Below, piece by piece: positions 1-6,762 of a stretch of 64,000 nucleotides of DNA. The position numbers and the translations under genes are program-made. Numbering within the stretch: position 1 is the first letter of the stretch; each line of letters begins with the position of its first letter. The stretch is taken from positions 813-64,812 of the forward strand of contig CAYMFW010000002.1 in assembly GCA_964389785.1 (NCBI GenBank), in the 5' to 3' direction. The notes below the pieces were generated by a model. That model was not told the DNA's origin, searched no databases, and saw only the letters and a list, made by a program, of their open reading frames with translations. The stretch comes from an uncultured Planctomycetota bacterium (lineage in GTDB: Bacteria > Planctomycetota > CAYMFW01).

Positions 1-307
1 TGTCGTCTCGCAGAAGGATCTCGCGGCCGGTTACGGCAAGCGTGGCCGACGTGACGCCGGGAGGTAGAACCACGTTGACGTATCGCGCCGGCGTCCAGGG
101 CGTGCCCGGAGTGTCCTCGGGCAGGCAGCCGTCTTTGAGACGGACCGTCTCGAAGCCCTTGAGCGAACCGAAAGAGAGGTCCTTCTGCTCGAAGGTGAAC
201 CTGGACCGGATCTCCCCCGCGCCGGCGATGCCGGCGCACAGAAGAACCGCGCCGAGCGCCAGCTCCAGCGACGCGCATCTCAACAGAGATGGTCTTTCTC
301 CTCCCAT
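1..307 (-). CDS. secreted protein, N-terminal portion (gene runs off the left edge of the window)
   Basis: The minus-strand frame from ATG 307-305 (alternative TTG 283-281) stays open to position 1. It reads MGGERPSLLRCASLELALGAVLLCAGIAGAGEIRSRFTFEQKDLSFGSLKGFETVRLKDGCLPEDTPGTPWTPARYVNVVLPPGVTSATLAVTGREILLRDD. The N-terminus looks like a signal peptide. The ORF is missing from the track only because it is truncated. Resemblance to C25/gingipain-type propeptide N-termini is weak and unverified. Confidence 0.5.
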   Translation of the reverse strand, partial: MGGERPSLLRCASLELALGAVLLCAGIAGAGEIRSRFTFEQKDLSFGSLKGFETVRLKDGCLPEDTPGTPWTPARYVNVVLPPGVTSATLAVTGREILLRDD

Positions 308-785
308 TGCATCCCCGAGCACAGGTGGCCGGTCAGGTACTCCTTCGCTTGCCTTCTTACCGCCTCGTCGATGCGCAACTCACATGTGTCTTGTTCTTGA
401 ATTATACCGGCGAAAAGAAGGATGTCAAGGGGGAGGGGGAGCATAGGATCCAGAGGTGAGAGCAATGGAAAGGTATTCCCTTATGTGGGAATGAGTTATG
501 TCCTTGAATCAGGTATTATGTTCCTGCAATCCATAAAGTGGCTGAGACCGGGGGAGGGCGAGATTCGACATTTAATCGCGTTCATCATGGCTGTTGTTCC
601 CGCCGTGTTTCTTGTCCGTGTGTACCGTAATCCAAAAGGTAAGATCAGGTTGGCTATAGACGACGATGTTCGCTCGGGGAGGGCGGGGTGAAGTCGCCCC
701 TACAGAGATAAGTTATCTGTCCCCGGATTAACTTCTACTTGTCAATAGGAAAGTTCCTTTTACTAAGGTCGTCGCAGGACGGGAC

Positions 786-1029
786 GCCTCCAAGAGCCCA
801 TTTCAATCATCCGCATTTGAATATCTTACCTTCGTAGCAGGAGTCGGACAAGGATTTTCATGGCGGGAGGCGACACCCGGGGGCATTGCGGCAGAATCAG
901 CGCAATTTCGGCATGGTCAAGGCGTGGCCCCATACCCCATCTCATCAGGCGGCGAGTGCCCCAGCGTCTTCGACGGCTCCTCCTCGAGCAGGCCAAGATG
1001 ATTGAGGATGCGAAATATCACGTCTTTGT
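786..1029 (-). mobile_element. relic of the 3' end of an IS91-family (Y2 HUH) transposase gene plus downstream repeat R1 (copy A)
   Basis: Minus-strand translation of 1045-934 gives DRAILHKDVIFRILNHLGLLEEEPSKTLGHSPPDEMG. This matches my memory of the C-terminal tail of IS91-family transposases (..VIxKILxHLGL....P....HSPP). It is truncated upstream, stops follow, and there is no intact ORF. Segment 786-933 is repeated at 2279-2426. Confidence 0.4.
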
Positions 1030-1134
1030 GTAGAATAGCCCTATCATGAAAAGAGCGATATCGGCCCTCATCCTCTCCCTAGCTTCTTCCCTCCTCCTCA
1101 CCACCTCCGTACTCGCGGACGTCACCCTCTATGT
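1030..1134 (+). repeat. repeat R2 copy A: -10 box plus start codon plus signal-peptide coding segment of the beta-helix gene family, truncated
   Basis: gtagaatagccctatcATGaaaagagcgatatcggccctc...ctcctcctcaccacctccgtactcgcggacgtcaccctctatgt aligns with 6669-6762 and 2576-2666. It encodes MKRAISALILSLASSLLLTTSVLADVTLYV, after which homology ends abruptly. Confidence 0.85.
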
Positions 1135-1402
1135 TCATCATGATCTCGCCCCTGGTGGGCGTGCCGGGCTCCGATATCCTGTTCGCGTCATTCCAGTACC
1201 GTACCGCGCTGGCGACAGGTATCGTCCCTCTCGCGCTGGTCGTGCTGCAGGTGGTGGGCGGGGCGATCGGCAACATGGTGTGCGTCAATAGCATTGTAGC
1301 CATTTCCGCAACCGTGGGCCTGGAAGGCAAGGCCGGAGCTACTCCATCCTGGTCGCGCTCGTGGTGGTAGCTCTCACCGGATTTGGTTTGCTTACCGGCT
1401 GA
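1131..1402 (+). pseudogene. L-lactate/glycolate permease (LctP family) 3' fragment, frameshifted
   Basis: The translation ..PLVGVPGSDILFASFQYRTALATGIVPLALVVLQVVGGAIGNMVCVNSIVAISATVGLEGKAG matches the conserved C-terminal region of LctP permeases. The last TM helix (YSILVALVVVALTGFGLLTG*) continues in another frame after ~1335. About 85% of the gene is missing upstream, and the fragment abuts R2 copy A. Confidence 0.6.
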
Positions 1403-1417
1403 CAAAGGAGGCCTCTT

Positions 1418-2239
1418 ATGGCAGGAACAATTCATTTGACTGTACAGGCCGATGACTTCGGCATGCACCCGGCCGTCAACGAAGGCATCGTCGATTCGTT
1501 CGTGCACGGCCTGCTGACCGACGCCAATGTGATGACTCCGTGCGAAGGCTTCGAGGACGCGGTCAAGCTCGCCAGGCAGCACGATCTTCCGGTCGGCCTG
1601 CACTCGACGCTTTCCTGCGACTTCGACCGATTTCGCTGGGGGCCGGTTACGGAGATGAAGACGCTTGTTGACGAGGCCGGATACTTCGTGCAGGAAAAAG
1701 CGATTTGGGAGCATGCCGACATCGACGAGGCACGCCGGGAACAGGACGCGCAGTATCAGATGCTGGCGGATACCGATCTTCCGATCACCCACATCAGCGA
1801 GCACATGGGCGTGGACGACGGAGGGAAGTTCTTTCAGATACAGGCGGAGCTGGCGGACCGGACCGGTATTCCGCACCGGCTGGTGTCCAATCCTCTTTTC
1901 AGGGATAGACCGGTTCTTCAGTACAGCTTTGACGGCAACGTGCGCGTCAGCAACAAGGGCCCCGACTTCGAAACGCGCAAGGCTCGCCTGAAGGAGCTGC
2001 TGTTCGCGCTCGAATCCGGCGGATACTACATATGGATAGTGCACCCGGCGGCGGACAGCGACGTGCTGGACACGTTCCAGACGCCGGGAACCGCCATGTG
2101 CGTGTGGGCGCGCCTGTACCGGGTGCTCGACTTGAAGCTTCTCCTGGACGCCGAAGTGAAGGAGTGGATCGAGCAGCTCAACATAGAGCTGACGCCGGTC
2201 TCGCAGGTGCCCTACGCGAAGGCGCCGAAGAAGTTCTAG
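1418..2239 (+). CDS. YdjC/ChbG-family carbohydrate deacetylase
   Basis: 273-aa ORF with AAAGGAGG 8 nt upstream. The N-terminal LTVQADDFGMHPAVNEGI and the ..HSTL.., ..HISEHMG.. motifs are typical of the YdjC family. Confidence 0.8.
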   Translation: MAGTIHLTVQADDFGMHPAVNEGIVDSFVHGLLTDANVMTPCEGFEDAVKLARQHDLPVGLHSTLSCDFDRFRWGPVTEMKTLVDEAGYFVQEKAIWEHADIDEARREQDAQYQMLADTDLPITHISEHMGVDDGGKFFQIQAELADRTGIPHRLVSNPLFRDRPVLQYSFDGNVRVSNKGPDFETRKARLKELLFALESGGYYIWIVHPAADSDVLDTFQTPGTAMCVWARLYRVLDLKLLLDAEVKEWIEQLNIELTPVSQVPYAKAPKKF

Positions 2240-2278
2240 ACCACCAGGAATCTCCTTTTTCTGAGGTCCCCGCGAGAG

Positions 2279-2426
2279 GCCTCCGAAAGCCCATTTCGAT
2301 CATCCGCATGTGATTATCGTACCTCCACCACGACAGCCCGGCAAGAATTTCCGCGGCGGGGAGTGACACCCAGGGTCGAGACGGCCGAATCAGTGCGATT
2401 TCGGCATGGTCAAGGCGTGGCCCCAT
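2279..2426 (-). repeat. repeat R1 copy B (same sequence as the tail of the IS91-like relic)
   Basis: Roughly three-quarters identical by eye to 786-933. Shared strings include gcccatttc(g/a)atcatccgcat and aatcag(t/c)gc(g/a)atttcggcatggtcaaggcgtggccccat. As in copy A, it lies ~100 nt upstream of an R2 copy. Confidence 0.7.
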
Positions 2427-2527
2427 TGTCCGCGGGAGCGATGCGAATCAGTTTCTCCCGACGTCCATAGCAGCATGCATCAGTTCCGTCCCCTCGCCGG
2501 GATCGAGATCATATGTCAAGAAGAGAG

Positions 2528-2666
2528 AACGCCGGCCCCCGCGACACCCCCACCTTGCCTCCTCACCCCCATCCCGTAGAATAGACCCGTCATAAAACGA
2601 GCGATATCGGCCCTCTGCCTCCCCCTCCTCCTCGCCACCTCCGTACTCGCAGACGTCACCATCTAT
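2528..2666 (+). repeat. repeat R2 copy B: intact promoter, start codon mutated (ATG to ATA), signal-peptide segment, truncated
   Basis: aacgccggcccccgcgacacccccaccttgcctcctcacccccatcccgtagaatagacccgtcatAaaacgagcgatatcgg... is near-identical to 6620-6762. Homology ends at ..gtcaccatctat. Confidence 0.85.
2555..2582 (+). promoter_or_regulatory. sigma70-like promoter inside R2 copy B (TTGCCT-16-TAGAAT), pointing into the aldolase operon
   Basis: -35 TTGCCT at 2555-2560 and -10 TAGAAT at 2577-2582. A second perfect TATAAT lies at 2768-2773, closer to the aldolase start. Confidence 0.45.
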
Positions 2667-2808
2667 ACTGATCCGCGCCATGGAGAAGATGGCGCGTGCG
2701 GACGGCTGCGCGGCGCTCCACATGGGCGTCAAGAACCGCTCGGGTAGTTTACGGAGAACACGTGCGGTATAATCCCGCGACACACATGGAAGAGGCAGAT
2801 AACGGACC

Positions 2809-3705
2809 ATGGCACACGCGACGCTGGAGGCAATCCGGACGGCGGAGCTGGTCGGCAGGGCGCTGAAAGCCGGAACGGTCGTTCCCGGCTTCAACATTCC
2901 GTACCTTCCCATGATGGAACCGGTGGTCCGGGCGCTGCGAGACACGCACAGCTTCGGGTTCATCATGGTCGCCCGGCTGGAATGGATGAAGTTCGAATCG
3001 GGGAGCCTGGAAAAGGTCCGCGACGAGTACGAGCGGGTAAAGGACCTCGATCACACGCGCCTCCATCTCGATCACGTGCCCGTGATCGATGAAGACGACG
3101 TGAGAGTGGATTACCAGGATGTCCTGCGGCGCGCCGTCGAGGCGGGTTACGATTCGATCATGATCGACGGCTCACGCCTGCCGCTCGAGGAGAATATCGA
3201 CTGCACGAAGCGCGCCGTGGAGATAGCCCGCTCCGCCGGCATCCCCGTCGAGGCGGAGCTCGGCGCGGTGATGGGTCACGAGACCGGTCCCCTTCCCCCC
3301 TACGACCAGCTCTTTGCGTCGGGCAGGGGGTTCAGCGATCCGGACGAGGCGAGACGCTTCGTGGAAGAGACAAACGTCGACTGGCTTTCCGTCGCCATCG
3401 GGAACGTTCACGGGGCGATATCGGCCGCCCGCAAGAACGAGAAGAAGATCGAGGCCCGGCTGGACATCGGCCGCCTCGATGAGATCCGGGCGGCGATCGA
3501 CGTCCCCCTGGTCCTGCACGGCGGCACCGGAATCGCCAGGAAGTACATCCTGGAATCGATCCGGCACGGCATCGCCAAGGTGAACGTGGCAACGGCGATC
3601 CGCCAGCCGTACGAAAGAGAAGGGCTGCAGGCGGTCTACCCGGCGATGCTCGCCGTGATCCGCGAGGACCTGCAGATCGAGAATAGCGCGGAGCTTCTGA
3701 AGTAG
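2809..3705 (+). CDS. class II ketose/fructose-bisphosphate aldolase family protein
   Basis: Motifs LHLDHVP, YDSIMIDGS, EAELG, GNVHGA and LVLHGGTG are the hallmark metal and substrate motifs of class II FBP/tagatose-BP aldolases. Confidence 0.85.
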   Translation: MAHATLEAIRTAELVGRALKAGTVVPGFNIPYLPMMEPVVRALRDTHSFGFIMVARLEWMKFESGSLEKVRDEYERVKDLDHTRLHLDHVPVIDEDDVRVDYQDVLRRAVEAGYDSIMIDGSRLPLEENIDCTKRAVEIARSAGIPVEAELGAVMGHETGPLPPYDQLFASGRGFSDPDEARRFVEETNVDWLSVAIGNVHGAISAARKNEKKIEARLDIGRLDEIRAAIDVPLVLHGGTGIARKYILESIRHGIAKVNVATAIRQPYEREGLQAVYPAMLAVIREDLQIENSAELLK

Positions 3706-3718
3706 GAGGATATACGAG

Positions 3719-5119
3719 ATGAACGAGACGACTTTTGCATTGTATTTCGGCAACCGCGGCTTCTTTCCCGAGTCGCTCATCGCCGGCGCGCGCAGGGAGA
3801 TGGTCGAGGCGCTGGAGAAGCTCGGGCACGGCACGCTGATCATGGACGAAGACGCGACCCCCCACGGCGCCGTCGAGACCCCGGCGGAGGGCGCGAAATA
3901 CGCGCGCTTCCTGGAGGCCCACCGGGGGGAGTACGACGGGGTGATCCTGTGCCTGCCGAATTTCGGCGACGAGACCGGCGCCATCTGCGCGCTCCGGGAC
4001 GCCGGCGTTCCGATCATGATACAGGCCTATCCCGACGAGCCGGACAGGATGGGATTCAGCACCAGGCGCGACGCGTTCTGCGGCAAGTTTTCGGTAATGG
4101 ACGTCTTCTGTCAGTACGGCTTGCCGTTCACCACGTTCAAGCCCCACACGGTGCACCCCGCCGGCGAGACCTTCGCCCGGCATGTCGGCCAGTTTGCCGC
4201 GGTCTGCCGGGTGGTCAACGGAATGAAGAGAATGACCGTCGGCGCCGTCGGCGCCCGCACGACGGCGTTCAAGACCGTTCGCTTCGACGAGCTCACGCTC
4301 CAGCGGTACGGCATCACGACGGAAACGCTGGACCTGTCGGAAGTGATATCCCGCGTACGGGACCTGAACGCGGACGGCGACGAGTGCCGCGCGAAAGCCG
4401 AACGCCTGAGGAATTACACCCGTTGGGACGGCGTGCCGGATGAAGCGTTCGCGACCCTCACGAAGCTTTCGGTGGTGCTCGACGAGCTCATCGCCGAGCA
4501 CGGCATGGACGCGATGGCCCTACGCTGCTGGCTCGAGCTGGAAAAGGAGCTGAAGGTCTCGCCCTGCGTGCTGCTGAGCGAACTCAACGATCGCGGTATC
4601 CCGGCGGCGTGCGAGCTCGACGTGTGCAACGCGGTGGCGATGCATTCGCTTTCGCTCGCGTCGGAAAGGGCCGCCACGTGCCTGGACTGGAACAACAACT
4701 ACGGGGACGACGACGACAAGTGCATCCTCTTCCACTGCGGGCCCGTTCCCCAGAGCCTGATGGCCGGGAAGGGGACGATCATCGAGCACCCGATGTTCGC
4801 CAAGGCGCTCGGCGCCGGGTGCGCGTACGGCTGCAACGCCGGGCGCATCGCACCCTGCCCGCTGACGTTCGCGAGCTCGAAGACGCAGGACGGTGCGCTG
4901 ACGTTCTATCTCGGAGAAGGCGAATTCACGGGCGACGCGATCGCGGACGATTTCTTCGGCTGCGCCGGCGTCGCACGGATCGACAACCTGCAGGACAAGC
5001 TGGAGACGATCGGGCATCAGGGCTACCGGCATCACGTAAGCGTCACGGCGGGTCACGTGGCGGTTCCCGTCCGCGAGGCGTGGGAACGCTATCTCGGCTA
5101 CAAGATCTGCGAGCTATGA
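3719..5119 (+). CDS. L-fucose/L-arabinose isomerase-family sugar isomerase
   Basis: 466 aa with GGAGGA RBS. The N-terminus is FALYFGNRGFFPESL.., followed by ..GVILCLPNFGDE.. and ACELDVCNAVAMH, typical of the fucose-isomerase-like family. The stop overlaps the kinase start (ATGA). Confidence 0.7.
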   Translation: MNETTFALYFGNRGFFPESLIAGARREMVEALEKLGHGTLIMDEDATPHGAVETPAEGAKYARFLEAHRGEYDGVILCLPNFGDETGAICALRDAGVPIMIQAYPDEPDRMGFSTRRDAFCGKFSVMDVFCQYGLPFTTFKPHTVHPAGETFARHVGQFAAVCRVVNGMKRMTVGAVGARTTAFKTVRFDELTLQRYGITTETLDLSEVISRVRDLNADGDECRAKAERLRNYTRWDGVPDEAFATLTKLSVVLDELIAEHGMDAMALRCWLELEKELKVSPCVLLSELNDRGIPAACELDVCNAVAMHSLSLASERAATCLDWNNNYGDDDDKCILFHCGPVPQSLMAGKGTIIEHPMFAKALGAGCAYGCNAGRIAPCPLTFASSKTQDGALTFYLGEGEFTGDAIADDFFGCAGVARIDNLQDKLETIGHQGYRHHVSVTAGHVAVPVREAWERYLGYKICEL

Positions 5120-6600
5120 GCCTGCTCGGCGTAGACGTCGGGACGGCGGGATGCAAGGCGGCCGCATTCTCCGAGGACGGCACCTGCATCGCCCGGGCCT
5201 ACCGCGAGTACGCGACCCTGCACCCGGCCGAAGGTCGGTCGGAGCTCGACAGCGCGGAGGTCTGGGAAAAAACGCACGCGGTGATTTCCGAAGCGGCCGC
5301 CGGGGCGGCACGCGATCCGGTGACGGCGCTGTGCGTCAGCGCGATGGGGGAAGCCGCCACCCCGCTGTCCGCCGACCGGCGAATACTCGGCAACTGCATC
5401 CTCTCGAGCGATACGCGGGGGAGAGAGCACGTCGCCATGCTGGAGAAACGGTACGGGCAGAAGCGGTTCTACGAGATCAACCCGAACATCCTGGCGACCA
5501 ACTACACCCTCCCGAAGATACTCTGGCTGCGTGAGAATGCCCCCGATCTCTACGAACGGACGGACGTGTTTCTGCTCTGGGACGGGCTCGCGGGGTTCAT
5601 GCTGGGGTGCGACCCGTTCACCGGCTATTCCGAGGCCAACCGCACCCTGCTCTTCGACATGCCGGGCCGGGACTGGTCCGACGAGCTTCTCGGGACCGCG
5701 GGAATCGACCGCGCAAAGCTTCCACGCTGTCTGCCGGGCGGCGCGATAGCGGGAACGGTCGGCGATGCCGCTGCGGACGACATGGGTCTGCCGCGGGGCG
5801 TGAAGGTGGTGGTCGGCGGGCACGACCAGTGCTGCAACGCGCTCGGGGCCGGCCTGTCCCGACCGGGCAGGGCCGTGGACGGCATCGGCACGTTCGAATG
5901 CATCACCCCTGTCTACGACCGCGTTCCGCCGGCACACGCCATGCTGCAGCAGGGGCTCAACGTGGAGCACCACGTCGTCCCCGGGCTGTACGTATCGTTC
6001 CTGTACAATCAGGCCGGGTTGCTCGTACGCTGGTTCCGGGACACGTTCGCGAAGGAGCGCCGTGACGAGGAAGACATCTACGATCGGCTGGCCTCCGAGA
6101 TGCCGGCCGATCCGACTCGCCTGTTCGTACTGCCGTATTTCGAGATGACCGGTTCGCCGCGTTTTGTCAGCGACGCATCGGGCGTTATAACCGGCCTGAA
6201 GACGCACACCACGCGCGGAGATATCCTGAAGGCGATCATGGAGAGCGTGACGTACTATTTCGCGGAGAGCATCGAGTCGCTGCGCGGGATCGGCATCGAC
6301 ACCTCGGAATTCGTCGCGACCGGAGGCGGCGCCACGTCCGATCCGTGGCTGCAGATCAAGGCGGACATACTCGGCGTTCCCATCGTCAGGCCGCGTATCA
6401 CCGAGTGCGGGCTCCTGGGCGCCGCGCTCCTTGCCGGTGCCGCCACCGGCGTGTTCGACTCCCTCGACGAGGGCGTCGGGCGCTTCGTGCGGCACGAAAG
6501 AGTATTCGAACCTGACCGCACACGCCATTCGATCTACCGCGAGCGGCTGGAGAAGTACCGCGGGCTTTTCCCCCTGATGCGAGACTACCTCAGCGGATAG
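5116..6600 (+). CDS. FGGY-family carbohydrate kinase (xylulokinase-like)
   Basis: In-frame ATG at 5116 gives MSLLGVDVGTAGCKAAAF..; ..TLPKILWLRENAPDLY.. and ..ATGGGATSDPWLQIKADILGVPI.. are FGGY signatures. The track ORF starting at 4609 is over-extended. Confidence 0.85.
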   Translation: MSLLGVDVGTAGCKAAAFSEDGTCIARAYREYATLHPAEGRSELDSAEVWEKTHAVISEAAAGAARDPVTALCVSAMGEAATPLSADRRILGNCILSSDTRGREHVAMLEKRYGQKRFYEINPNILATNYTLPKILWLRENAPDLYERTDVFLLWDGLAGFMLGCDPFTGYSEANRTLLFDMPGRDWSDELLGTAGIDRAKLPRCLPGGAIAGTVGDAAADDMGLPRGVKVVVGGHDQCCNALGAGLSRPGRAVDGIGTFECITPVYDRVPPAHAMLQQGLNVEHHVVPGLYVSFLYNQAGLLVRWFRDTFAKERRDEEDIYDRLASEMPADPTRLFVLPYFEMTGSPRFVSDASGVITGLKTHTTRGDILKAIMESVTYYFAESIESLRGIGIDTSEFVATGGGATSDPWLQIKADILGVPIVRPRITECGLLGAALLAGAATGVFDSLDEGVGRFVRHERVFEPDRTRHSIYRERLEKYRGLFPLMRDYLSG

Positions 6601-6619
6601 GCTCCGGACGACGTGCCCG

Positions 6620-6762
6620 AACGCCGGCCCCCGCGACACCCCCGCCTTGCCTCCTCACCCCCATCCCCGTAGAATAGACCCGTCATGAAACGAGCGATAT
6701 GGGCCCTCTGCCTCACCCTCCTCCTCACCACCTCCGTACTCGCGGACGTCACCCTCTATGTG
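6620..6762 (+). repeat. repeat R2 copy C: the functional promoter, start and signal peptide of the beta-helix gene
   Basis: Master copy of the cassette found at 1030-1134 and 2528-2666. Confidence 0.85.
6647..6675 (+). promoter_or_regulatory. sigma70-like promoter TTGCCT-17-TAGAAT, 9 nt upstream of the ATG (near-leaderless)
   Basis: -35 at 6647-6652, -10 at 6670-6675, ATG at 6685. No Shine-Dalgarno sequence fits in between. Confidence 0.5.

Noticed and set aside
42-446. 134-aa plus-strand ORF at the left edge.
   Set aside because: It is antisense to a much more protein-like minus-strand frame (signal peptide plus structured domain) that runs off the window. Its composition is Arg/Ser/Pro-rich noise.
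422-691. 89-aa ORF in the lower-GC patch at 440-780.
   Set aside because: It has no motif, no RBS and odd composition. The patch looks like degraded or foreign spacer DNA adjacent to the IS relic. I looked for a tRNA-like cloverleaf there and found none.
1046-1291. 81-aa ORF starting with the R2 signal peptide.
   Set aside because: Only the first 30 codons are homologous to the beta-helix protein. The remainder is an out-of-frame read through the lctP fragment (Arg/Gly/Ala-rich).
2178-2426. 82-aa minus-strand ORF (MGPRLDHAEIALIRPSRPWVSLPAAEILAGLSWWRYD..) covering repeat R1 copy B.
   Set aside because: The equivalent frame in copy A is interrupted and diverges, both copies carry in-frame stops in the alternative frames, and there is no RBS. 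I treat it as a non-coding relic, possibly the end of an IS91-like element, rather than a gene.
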